From Mytilus edulis (lineage: Eukaryota), in assembly GCF_963676685.1 (NCBI RefSeq), contig NC_092346.1, forward strand, positions 105,834,001 to 105,898,000: 64,000 bases of DNA, in the 5' to 3' direction. Of this stretch, positions 12,101 to 24,050 are shown one piece after another. Positions within the stretch are counted from its first letter, which is position 1, and every line of letters begins with the position of its first letter. A program made the position numbers and the translations under genes. Below the pieces are notes generated by a model. That model searched no databases. It had not been told where the DNA came from and worked only from the letters and a program-made list of their open reading frames with translations.

Positions 12101-15100
12101 CAATTTTCTATAATGTTGTCCTTCAACTGTAGATCATTTATCATCTAACAGATTTGAGATATCTGTTGTCGTTTTAGAGATAATGCAGTTTGAAATTTTG
12201 CAAGCGGAGGCATGTATTTCTGAATCAACAACAGCTTACCACTTAAATTGTTTAAGAAATTGAAGAGGTTAACATAGTTATATGTTTGACCAAATACCTA
12301 AAACATTCCAATGAAAAAAACACAAAAAAATCAATTTGAAATTTTCATGTTTTGCATTGACTTTGTAAGTTTCATAACTTCTATTTATATAGTTGATATT
12401 GCATCATTTTTGGCACTTTGTCAAATGGAGTCATCTGATATATCAAATTGAAGGTCTTAATAAACTCTATTTAAAAATGAAAATTTTAAACCTCTTTTTC
12501 ATCCCAGGGGGAAGGGTGGCGTCATTTAGTACAAAATTTCAAATTTCTCAGATGGTAAGGTTGTCACATATCAAATGAAAGAACATAAAGCGTACATGTC
12601 AAATTTCAATTGATGTCCCCCAAAAATTGGATGGATGGGGTCATTGAGTGCAAAAAAATTAATTTACCTTTAAGATAGGGTTGTTGTATATCAAAAGAAA
12701 GGTCATGATGTGTACATTTGAAATATCAAATTCCCGACCTCCAAAAATTAGTTGGATAGGGTTATTAGGTGCAAAAATTAAACTTTCTAGAACATGGCGT
12801 TGTCGCATATCAAATGAAAGCTCATCTACTCTATGTTACATATAGCATACTTCCGATCTCAAAAATGTAGGCGGATGAGGTAATTAAGTGTAAAAAGCGA
12901 AAAGTTTCAGAAGGTATGCTTGTCGTATATCAAACAAAGTGTCATGCAAAGTACATTACGAAAACATCACTTTTACAGGAAAGACCTTTCAATTGTTTTA
13001 CAAACAATTGAGATACTAGTGTTGCTATTATTTTTGTTTTACTTATTTAATGATATCAGTCTTGTTCTGTAGTACATGATTTTACAAGAAAGTAAAAAAA
13101 AATTATATGAATTGTGTAAGGCTGGTCGATTTCAATGTTGACATATCAGAGCACAAAACAGACATGTAGACTTATATCTATGTATAATTGCTACAGTTAG
13201 TATGTATTTACCGTTTTACTAGGATCACCTTTCTCCCCTTTCGGTCCTATTAATGAATAATATAAAACGATTGATTAAAAGATGAGGATCGTCAACTTAT
13301 GTTTTAAGATAAATAACCGTGGCTATGTCCTTTAAAAATTACTGGCATATGAGACATAAAATCAAACTGATATATTAGTGGAACGAAACAATATAAAGTA
13401 ACGAAAAAACATATAAAACATGTAAAATATATACCTAGACTGACATATCAAATTTACTGCCGAACTGGCGTTTTAACCGTAAAGCAGATAAAATTGTTTT
13501 CCACTACATATACGTGTATTCGAAGCTTGAAAATATTACATTCCAATTTTGGTAAAATTTATACCCAGACTTAGTAAAATTAAGTAAACACATTTATTGT
13601 ATCGTGTTTTTATTAAATGATACACACCAGTATTTCCTTGAGTTCCAATAGGACCCTGATCTCCTTTTATACCAGGAGCACCACGTGATCCTTGTTCTCC
13701 TGTTGTACCAGATTCACCCTTTTCTCCTCGATCACCTTTGGGTCCGGGAGGTCCTTTTCTCCCACGCCTCCCTCTGCACTTACATCTGCGAGCTGAGATT
13801 TAAATATATTGAACAGATATAATTTTCTATAGAGCTATTTCATTTGAACTAAATGCTGTTTTATTTCCTTATATCCCACATTTGCTATTATTTATATTTT
13901 AGATAAGGGTGGGGGTTTAGTACCATTAAAACGTTTAAACCCGCTGCTATGCACCTGTCCTAAGTCAGGAGTCTGATGTTCAGTAGTTGTCGTTTGTTGA
14001 TGTGGTTCATAAAAGTTTCTCGATCCCCTTTTTTTTATATAGATTAGACCGTCGATTTTCCCATTTGACTGGTTTAACACTAGTCATATTTTGGGGCGCT
14101 TTATAGCTTGTTGTTCGGTGTGAGCCAAGTCTCCGTGATGAAGACCGTTCTTTGACCTATTATTGTTTACTTTTATAAATTATGACTTGGATGGATAGTT
14201 GTCTCATTGGCACTCATAGAACATCTTCTTATATCTATAGATGTTTAAGATGTTACACCCAAAAATTGTATGTGTTCTTTGTTCTTAAAAACACGTACTT
14301 GCCGCGGATTAATGCGGTGGCAGTCTTTAGTGTTTTGGGGGTGTAAAATGTTATCCGAAACTTATCAAACATTTGTATTCATATTTGTATTTTGGAAACG
14401 TTTTGTACTTGTATCGTCTTTACTTATAGCAAATACATTCGAAACGTTTTGTACTTGTATCGTCTTTACTTATAGCAAATACATTCGACACGTTTTGTAC
14501 TTGTATCGTCTTTATTTATAGCAAATACATTCGACACGTTTTGTACTTGTATCGTCTTTATTTATAGCAAATACGTTCGACACGTTTTGTACTTGTATCG
14601 TCTTTACTTATAGCAAATACATTCGACACGTTTTGTACTTGTATCGTCTTTATTTATAGTAAATACGTTCGACACGTTTTGTACTTGTATCGTCTTTATT
14701 TATAGCAAATACGTTCGACACGTTTTGTACTTGTATCGTCTTTATTTATAGCAAATAAGTTCGAAACGTTTCAAAGATCATCTTGTGCAATAGTTATATA
14801 TACCTCTCTTCGTTTTGGTTTTCTTTTGAGCATTTCGTTTAAAAACCACGTGATTGTAAATTTCATCGTCGTCTTCATCCTATTGAAAGTAAATGATAAA
14901 ACTTTGAAAGAAAAGACATCAAATTTAAGGCATAACACGAAATGAAACTAAAAAAAAACCACTAGAAGTTCGCCTTCTATGCATTTGCTGCAACGAGACG
15001 TATAGACATATTTTGTTTTATTGTCTTTTCAAAAATCTAGCCGTTGACAATTGACCTGGATGTCAACATTTTGAAATTTAATGACAAGACAATATCTTTT

Positions 15101-17282
15101 TACATTTTAACATTTTAAACAATAAAAAAAATAAGTATTTATATTTATCAGATATATATTTAATTCTTCCCTGTCTTTTTAACACTAGTAAAAGGATTAT
15201 ATAAAAGATATTTGCCCTTGCAAAGTACGAATAACTTGCAATGTCATTGTTTATTACAGCGTTCATGGTGAAGGTTAATCTAGAAGAGCGCTATGGACAC
15301 ACGCTATTTTCCTATGCAAGCATTTTAGATACGGTATAATGTAAAATTAAATTTAATTGAATGATGCGTTGTTTATTATACAAGTGTTATATAGTTAATT
15401 GACTTTTCTTAGCTGATTTTCATTTCACAATCTAGTGAGTTATTAATAATTTATTATTTCACTTACCGAAATAAGAGGGGCTAGGCTTCGTGTTCATAAC
15501 AACGACATTTGTAAGGTAAACCCCTGCTCCTGTCGACTTTTTTTTTAATATTTTGCCATGCCGTAGCCAATAAAAGCTAACTATACGTTTTTGCTCATTA
15601 TTGAAGGGCTTACAATGCCTGATGGTTGTTTAAAGCCTCGTCTTTTGTCACTGGAAGACGATAAACCAGGTTTATCCTATTATGTTTCGAGAAGCTAAAA
15701 TACATATCGACTTTACTTATACTGCAACTTTAAAAACTAGAAAGGGGAAACTACAGAATGTATTGTTATGAAAAAGGGGAATTCCATTACGTTGTTATCC
15801 TATGAACTAATGTTAATTCGATTTGAGAGTACAAATTATTCTGAAAATGTTAATCGAGACATATGCTAACTACTCTCATTTTTCGTTCATTTTATGTAAT
15901 TTTAAAACGAAATAATTTTGACGGAAATTTTCGCAGAAAATTATCAGATGTATGTAAGAAATGTAGAAAATACAAAGCGCATTACAAAAAAAGAGAAGAT
16001 TGATTGATTGTTGGTTGCTTTACGCCGCATTAGAGAAGAAGGAAAATTTATAGAGCAAGGGAAAGTAGTTATAAAAAGTAACTTACAAAAACTCAAAAAA
16101 AAACTCAAAATTATCTAACAAAATTTACCGGATTGATGTCAAGTCCTTCTTGAGGATTACGCATTTACTGTTTTAGAGATCAAATTCATTAAGGATAAAA
16201 AAAAACCTTTCTTTATTCACAGGAAGTAATTGAATACATAGATTGATGTCAACTTTTGAAGTAATTAAAATCAGTTTAGGTTTACTAAGCCGTTAACACT
16301 ATGATATACATTATGTGACTATGAATGTAAAAGATTTACTGATTTATTTGAACACCTTTGGCACATCATATAGATGAAACTTTCTTCATTTTTGCTGCAT
16401 ACATTGATGGATAAAGATAACTAGTTAAAAAGATAATACAAAGAAAATACCACCAGTCGAAAAAGTAAATATAAGTTTTTTTTTATCTGCAAAAGAGCGT
16501 TGCATCAACCTATGTGCGATGAGTTATAATTGTAAATATTAACTTAAAGATTAATAAAAATAAAAAAACTGAAATGTTTTAATATTAATTTATTTCCCTT
16601 TAAGGTAATCAGATCAATTTACAGAACAGAAAGAGGAAGTAAATTGATTCATGAGAATTTGGCTGATTTCAGCGAATTCAACGGAAAGGGAGATAATACC
16701 AGTTAAGCTGATGTTAATCAATTATGTTTCCTCCGTCATTTTCATGTATCAATTTTACAGTATTATACATGAAGAATGAAGCTTTCTTAACGACATACCT
16801 TCCCTCCTTAAAAGAACCCAACTAAAAACAAAAAAGAAATAAAAATTCAAAATACAAATACAAAAGCGAAAACAAAACACTAGCTAGAATACAAAAATCA
16901 AAAAAAAGGAGAAAAACAGTTTTGCACGTGTAAAAGTATTCGTTAAAGAAAATTGAATTAGAAGTATTTCTATGATTAGAAATAAACATTTTTTAATACT
17001 TACTCGATGAGTTTCTTCAACTCGATTTTGTAATGCCTCTGAGTGTAATGCAGCTTTATGTAACTCGGTAGACAGTTCTTTTCTGATGTTAATATTTTCT
17101 GATAGTATCCATACATTGCATGCCAAAATTGCACAAGACAAAATAAATAGAAGTATAGTTGCTAAGATAATTAGTCTTTGTGAACTCGTAAGTGATGGTT
17201 TTCTTTGCGTTGTTGTGTCACCTCGACATTTAGGACATGGCGACATTTCATGTGCATAATTAGCATCAGAGTATAAATCCAT
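6124..17282 (-). CDS. TNF-superfamily ligand with collagen stalk (ectodysplasin-A-like architecture), ~390 aa, 9 coding exons
   Basis: Exons (minus): 17282-17004 (cytoplasmic + TM LIILATILLFILSCAILACNVWIL), 14879-14804 (DEDDDEIY...KTKTKR), 13792-13628 (ARRCKCR + 16 Gly-X-Y), 13246-13212 (GPKGEKGDPSKT), 10358-10314, 10151-10052 (or 10067, donor ambiguous; IKAAHY = THD strand A), 8461-8402 (CNNIWHGTVCRNRT), 8049-7925 (W...GKYKAKETGIYLVYFH), 6411-6124 (LRC...KTCS...TYFGAVLL, TGA). All junctions GT-AG with compatible phases and no internal stops. Confidence 0.88.
9130..9393. repeat. 67-bp tandem repeat, ~4 copies
   Basis: Unit GAACAAGAGCTACATACCCTTTCGAGGTATGAGTTTATGAGCCAGCGGTATTCTATAGGGTTTACTY. 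Confidence 0.9.
10440..10920 (+). repeat. Dispersed 3'-anchored repeat family (...TTGCACCTGTCCTAAGTCAG...GTTGTCTCATTGGCACTCAYACCACATCTT)
   Basis: Same family at 13893-14239, 24330-24585 and 51125-51574; related copies at 38738-39078 (-), 19798-20120 (-) and 21215-21535 (+). All share the 3' end and vary in 5' truncation. Confidence 0.7.
11047..13020 (+). mobile_element. Helentron/DINE-1-like non-autonomous rolling-circle element in a TNF intron
   Basis: Subterminal inverted repeats AAGGTCTTTCC (11049-11059) and GGAAAGACCTT (12978-12988), 5' hairpin, 3' hairpin TCAATTGTTT...AAACAATTGA, terminal CTAGT, internal degenerate ~120-bp repeats. Confidence 0.72.
14395..14771. repeat. 46-bp minisatellite, ~8 copies
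   Basis: Unit ACGTTTTGTACTTGTATCGTCTTTAYTTATAGCAAATACRTTCGAM; ends ~30 bp from the exon-2 donor. Confidence 0.92.
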
Positions 17283-18031
17283 TTCAAAATTAAAAGTTTG
17301 GTCGAGCAAGCATCAAGCCCAAGTATATATGCTACTAGCTGCTAGTTGCTTTTCCCGCCATTTAAACATACCTTCTCTATTACGTTTTTATTTTTTCCAA
17401 ATTGTCATGCGCATTGTTCATAGATAGGTAAGTACGTACACATATATATATATATATATATCTATATAGGTCTTTAATATCACAGGTGAATTCTACTTGC
17501 ACTTTGATTCCCAGGAAATCACTATTATATTAATATCAATCCAGGGCCCAGATATGTAACTTGTATTTAAATGGTTTTTTGAAAATGATTGATTTGTTTA
17601 CGATATTGTCTGTATAAAACAATGAAATATAGATATTATTATTTAATTTTATGACTAAAATTTCTTGTATTTGATACTTGGGTCACAGTGTTTGCTCCCC
17701 GGGTGTTTTTATCATGATCTATGGATGATTAAACATATTTAGTGTGGAGGGCAAGTCAAATATTATATATCACATATTAACTCCTAGAACTGAAAGCTGT
17801 CAATTAACTCACATTAAAAATTATAGATTCAATTAAAGTTTTGTGTTATTTGACAAATTATATACAAGTATAATGATATTTTTCTATTTTCAATTTTCGA
17901 ACTTGTCCAACATGATAATATATGTATAAATTATTAAACTATATTAAATATCTTTGAACTTTAAAAAGATCAAAGTAATGTAATATGGTTAAGTATTGTT
18001 ATACATTTTGAATAACTATCTCACATATCAT

Positions 18032-21000
18032 ATGGACGTCAAGTTGGTTACCTATTCCCTATTCCCTATTCGTTACCTATTCCCTATTCCCTATTCGTTA
18101 CCTATTCGTTACCTATTCCCTATTCCCTATTCCCTATTCGTTACCTATTCGTTACCTATTCCCTATTCCCTATTCGTTACCTATTCGTTACCTATTCCCT
18201 ATTCCCTATTCGTTACCTATTCCCTATTGGTTACCTATTCGTTACCTATTCCCTATTCCCTATTCGTTACCTATTCCCTATTCCCTATTCGTTACCTATT
18301 CCCTATTCCCTATTCGTTACCTATTCGAACAAAGTTTGGAGACTTATTGTTTTTGCTCAGTTCTTATTATTTTTATTATTCTTCTTCTTCCTCTTCCTAA
18401 TCGTCCTCTTCTTCCTCTTCTTCCTCTTCTTCTTCCGCCACTTTAAAAATGAACTTGTCCGCAGCATTTCTCCAAAATTACTTGTCAGATTTACTTAGGG
18501 TTTCATAAAATGTTAGAATAATATGTCTAGGTGATCCATCAATCGTTCATTTGTGCATTGGGGTCTATTAAGGGGTATTTGGGGGGGGGGGGGGCAGAAA
18601 GAAGGGAGGGGTTTACTATAGAACCCTATGGGATTTTATTTTCTAAAATTTTCAAATGAATATAACTTGAAAACTGTAAGTGATAGATACATGCAGTCTT
18701 CAGAAATGATTAAAGGACAATAAAACAAATCACATAAAATATAGGGGAGTCCCTGGGGGTCATCCCTACCCCCTTTCAATTCGAGAATATGCTTTTAACT
18801 TGTAAACGGTCCAGATCCCCACCCCTAAACCATATATATTCTTGTATGGGACAATAAAACTAATCAAATGAAATTAAATAAAAGTTCCTGGGGGTCATCC
18901 CCATCCCGTTCAATTTGAGAATGTACTATTATCTTGTAAATGGTCCAGATCCCCACCCCTAAACCATATATTATCTTGTAGGGGACAATAAAACAAATGA
19001 AATGAAATAAAGGGAAAGTCCCTAGCGGGTCACCCCCACCCCCTCTTGTTTGAAAACTTATAAACGGTCAACATCCCCACCCCTAAACTATATATATTCT
19101 TGTAAGGGACAATAAAACTAATCAAATGAAATTAAATGGAAGTTCCTTGGGGTCAACCCCACCCCGTTCAATTTGAGAATGTACTATTATCTTGTAAATG
19201 GTCCAGATCCCCACCCCTAAACCATATATGTTCTTGTAGGGGACAATAAAACAAATAAAATGAGATAAAAAGGAAGTCCTGAGGGGGTCATCCCACCCCC
19301 TCTTGTTTGAAAACTTGTAAACGGTCAACATCCCCACCCCTAAACCATATATATTCTTGTAGGGGACAATAAAACAAATAAAATGAAATGTAGGTAAAGT
19401 CCATGGGGGTCATCACCACCCCCTCCTGTTTGAATACTTGTAAATGGTGGAGATCCCCACCAGTAAGCCATATATATATTCTTGTATGGGACAAAAAATC
19501 AAATCAAATTAACATGGGACCATATGAATAGCGAGTTATGGGAGCTTTATTTGGGAGACTTCGTAACAGCATCCTGTTACAATTACTTCTTGTTGTTTAT
19601 ACTCTTATATCTGGTAATAGTTCTAAATTTGTTGAGGTAAAATGATCTTTTTATGACCTATTTATATGTGTTTGTTCTCAACCGATCCTTTTACTTTATG
19701 TTCGATACTCATTTGTTCCTTATTTGATTTTTATACGTTCTACCTTTTAACTGCTTTATGTCCGTATGTTTGAAGATGGATCTTGGTTAGCGCTTGCATA
19801 AAAAAAAAAGATGTGGTATGATTGCCAATGAGACAACAACCCACAATAGACCAAAATGACACAGAAACTATCAACTATAGGTCAATGTACGGCCTTCAAC
19901 AATGAGCATAGCCCAAACCGTGTAGTCACCTATAAAAGGCCCAGATATGACAATTTCAAACAATTCAAACAACAAAACTAACGGCCGTATTTCATATACA
20001 AAAAAATAAACGGAAAACAAATATGTAACACAAAAACAAACGATAACTACTTAATTTCAGGCTCTTGTCTAGGGACAGGCACATACTAACATAATGTGGT
20101 GGGGTTAAACATGTTAGCAGGGTGTACATCGTTTCGGAGCATGCTATTACCTTGTTTAATTCGTTCCATCACTCGCTTATAATTCGCTTATAATACGTGT
20201 ATCATACGTTGCACCTTTTAAAACATGATTTTCAATTGTTTTGTTGTCTCTGGTGGTAGATTTGGATTCTAAGAGGTGATATAACTCTATAAGCGCATAT
20301 GTACCCGTTCCAGCGCTCGGATAATACCCTGTTAAATATTCGTTACTTATTCGCTTTTAATACGTTTGTTCTACGTTGCACCTTTTACTGAGAAAAGGAT
20401 TTTCAATTGTGTTTATATCTCTGGTGGTAACAATGTGTAATTAGAGATGAAATGACCCTATTAGCGTGCATGTACCCGTTCCAGCGCTCGGTTAATACCC
20501 TGTTACCTATTCGTTACCTATTCGTTACCTATTCACTTATAATACGTTTGTTGTACGTTGCACCTTTTAGAAAAGGATTTTCAATTGTGTCCATGTCTCT
20601 GGTGGTAACAATGTGTTCTTAGAGATAAAATGACCTTATTAGCGCGCATGTACCCGTTCCAGCGCTCGGTTAATACCCTGTTACCTATTCACTTATAATA
20701 CGTTTGTTGTACGTTGCACCTTTTAGAAAAGGATTTTCAATTGTGTTCATGTCTCTGGTAGTAACAATGTGTAATTAGAGATGAAATGACCCTATTCGCG
20801 CGCATGTACTCGTTCCAGCGCTCGGTTAATACCCTGTTACCTATTCGTTACCTATTCACTTATAATACTTTTGTTGTACGTTGCACCTTTTAGAAAAGTA
20901 TTTTCAATTGTGTTCATGTCTCTGGTGGTAACAATGTGTAATTAGAGATGAATTGACCCCATTAGCGTGCATGTACCCGTTCCAGCGCTAACGAATAGGT

Positions 21001-23215
21001 AACAGGGTATTATCCGAGCGCTGGAACGGGTACATATGCGCTTATAGAGTTATATCACCTCTAAGAACCCAAATCTACCATCAGAGACAACAAAACAATT
21101 GAAAATCATGTTTTAAAAGGTGCAACGTATGATACACGTATTATAAGCGAACTATAAGCGAGTGATGGAACGAATTAAACAAGGTAGTAGCATGCTCCGA
21201 AACGATGTACACCCTGCTAACATGTTTAACCCCACCACATTATGTTAGTATGTGCCTGTTCCTAGACAAGAGCCTGAAATTAAGTAGTTATCGTTTGTTT
21301 TTGTGTTACATATTTGTTTTCCGTTTATTTTTTTGTATATGAAATACGGCCGTTAGTTTTGTTGTTTGAATTGTTTGAAATTGTCATATCTGGGCCTTTT
21401 ATAGGTGACTACACGGTTTGGGCTATGCTCATTGTTGAAGGTCGTACATTGACCTATAGTTGATAGTTTCTGTGTCATTTTGGTCTATTGTGGGTTGTTG
21501 TCTCATTGGCAATCATACCACATCTTTTTTTTTATGCAAGCGCTAACACGGTGATTTCATCCCTTCGAACCAAGATCCATCTTCAAACATACGGACATAA
21601 AGCAGTTAAAAGGTAGAACGTATAAAAATCAAATAAGGAACAAATGAGTATCGAACATAAAGTAAAAGGATCGGTTGAGCACAAACACATATAAATAGGT
21701 CATAAAAAGATCATTTTACCTCAACAAATTTAGAACTATTACCAGATATAAGAGTATAAACAACAAGAAGTAATTGTAACAGGATGCTGTTACGAAGTCT
21801 CCCAAATAAAGCTCCCATAACTCGCTATTCATATGGTCCCATGTTCATTTGATTTGATTTTTTGTCCCATACAAGAATATATATGGCTTACTGGTGGGGA
21901 TCTCTACCATTTACAAGTATTCAAACAGGAGGGGGTGGTGGTGACCCCAAGGGACTTTACCTACATTTCATTTGATTAGTTTTATTGTCCCCTACAAGAA
22001 TATATATGGTTTAGGGTTGGGGATCTGGACCGTTTACAAGATAATAACACATTCTAAAATTGAACGGGGTGGGGATGATCCCCAGGGACTTCCATTTAAT
22101 TTCATTTGATTTGTTTTATCGTCCTTTTCAAGAATAAATATGGTTTAGGGGTGGGGATCTGAACCGTTTACAAGATAATAGTACATTCAAATTGAACGAG
22201 GTGGGGGTGATCCCCAGGAACTTTTATTTAATTTCATTTGATTAGTTTTATTGTCCCCTACAAGAATATATATGGTTTAGGGTTGGGGATCTGGACCGTT
22301 TACAAGATAATAACACATTCTAAAATTGAACGGGGTGGGGATGATCCCCAGGGACTTCCATTTAATTTCATTTGATTTGTTTTATCGTCCTTTTCAAGAA
22401 TATATATGGTTTAGGGGTGGGGATCTGAACCGTTTACAAGATAATAGTACATTCTCAAATTGAACGGGGTGGGGGTGATTCCCAGGAACTTTTATTTAAT
22501 TTCATTTGATTAGTTTTATTGTCCCATACAAGAATATATATGGTTTAGGGGTGGGGATCTGGACCGTTTACAAGTTAAAAGCATATTCTCGAATTGAAGG
22601 GGGTAGGGATGACCCCCAGGGACTCCCCTATATTTCATGTGATTTGTTTTATTGTCCTTTAATCATTTCTGAAGACTGCATGTATCTATCACTTACAGTT
22701 TTCAAGTTATATTCATTTGAAAATTTTAGAAAATAAAATCCCATAGGGTTCTATAGTAAACCCCTCCCTTATTTATGCCCCTCAAAATACCCCTTAATAG
22801 ACCCCAATGCACAAATGAACGATTGATGGCTCACCTAGACATATTAGTCTAACATTTTATGAAACCCTAAGTAAATCTGACAAGTAGTTTTGGAGAAATG
22901 CTGCGGACAAGTTCATTTTTAAAGTGGCGGAAGAAGAAGAGGAAGAAGAGGAAGAAGAAGAATAATAAAAATAATAAGAACTGAGCAAAAACAATAAGTC
23001 TCCAAACTTTGTTCGAATAGGTAACGAATAGGGAATAGGGAATAGGTAACGAATAGGTAACGAATAGGGAATAGGGAATAGGTAACGAATAGGTAACGAA
23101 TAGGGAATAGGGAATAGGTAACGAATAGGTAACGAATAGGTAACGAATAGGGAATAGGGAATAGGAATAGGTAACGAATAGGGAATAGGGAATAGGTAAC
23201 CAACTTGACGTCCAT
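18032..23215. mobile_element. Foldback-type non-autonomous DNA element with ~2.3-kb inverted arms
   Basis: Termini ATGGACGTCAAGTTGGTTACC / GGTAACCAACTTGACGTCCAT; TSD ACATATCAT at 18023-18031 and 23216-23224 (7-bp CATATCA if the TIR starts at T). Arms 18032-20345 and 20989-23215; subterminal CCTATTC/GTTACCTATTC minisatellite; central ~160-180-bp tandem units; no transposase. Confidence 0.85.
18326..19592 (+). mobile_element. Helentron/DINE-1-like non-autonomous element nested in the left foldback arm (mirror copy ~21764-23015, minus)
   Basis: GGAGACTT subterminal motif at both ends, (TTC)n microsatellite, ~120-bp internal tandem units, 3' hairpin GTAACAG-CATC-CTGTTAC. Confidence 0.65.
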
Positions 23216-23448
23216 ACATATCATTGCATTTTAGGTAATTTATTAATAAGCTGAACATGTATTTCTGTTTTCTTCTATAACTTTTAACGCTTGCGCCGAA
23301 TAAAACACAGACGCAGTCTAATTGTTAGAATAAGCACACTACATATTTTTCATTTTGTATTTTCATTTGATACCCATGTATAATTTCATTATATTCAGTT
23401 ACCGTTACTTCCCTGGAAAATATTGCTGGCTCATAAACTACCCTGAGT

Positions 23449-24050
23449 TAATTCAGACTTAATGTAAACAGCACAGGGTGTCGAGTATCCAAGATGACTA
23501 ATTCAGCATTTATGTAAACAGCACAGGGTGTCGAGTATCCATGGTGACTAATTCAGCCTTTATGTAAACAGCACAGGGTGTCGAGTATCCATGGTGACTA
23601 ATTCAGCCTTTATGTAAACAGCACAGGGTGTCGAGTATCCATGGTGACTAATTCAGACTTAATGTAAACAGCACAGGGTGTCGAGTATCCAAGATGACTA
23701 ATTCAGACTTAATGTAAACAGCACAGGGTGTCGAGTATCCAAGATGACTAATTCAGACTTAATGTAAACAGCACAGGGTGTCGAGTATCCAAGATGACTA
23801 ATTCAGACTTAATGTAAACAGCACAGGGTGTCGAGTATCCATGATGACTAATTCAGACTTAATGTAAACAGCACAGGGTGTCGAGTATCCATGATGACTA
23901 ATTCAGACTTAATGTAAACAGCACAGGGTGTCGAGTATCCAAGATGACTAATTCAGACTTAATGTAAACAGCACAGGGTGTCGAATATCCAAGATGACTA
24001 ATTCAGACTAACTGTGAACAACGCAGTGTTGCGAGTATCAGATGACTAAT
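23449..24050. repeat. 50-bp minisatellite, ~12 copies
   Basis: Unit ATTCAGACTTAATGTAAACAGCACAGGGTGTCGAGTATCCAAGATGACTA. Confidence 0.93.

Noticed and set aside
6124-17282. Assigning the gene symbol EDA, eiger or a specific KLHL number
   Set aside because: Architecture alone does not establish orthology; phylogeny is required.
18047-18326. Interstitial telomeric repeat (AATAGGG-like)
   Set aside because: Not TTAGGG; mixed 7/11-bp units also recur in the element centre, so better explained as subterminal repeats of the foldback element.
17996-18400. 134-aa ORF (and mirror ORFs 22857-23258, 22919-23224)
   Set aside because: Translations of the CCTATTC/GTTACCTATTC minisatellite in the foldback arms.
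18032-23215. Foldback as a pure sequencing or assembly chimera
   Set aside because: Arms differ in SNPs and repeat-unit composition, and unique flanks with a TSD resume on both sides; read-level confirmation is still advisable.
23449-24050. CRISPR-like regular arrays (also 34334-37147, 51617-53043)
   Set aside because: Units are contiguous with no unique spacers, there are no cas genes, and the DNA is eukaryotic.
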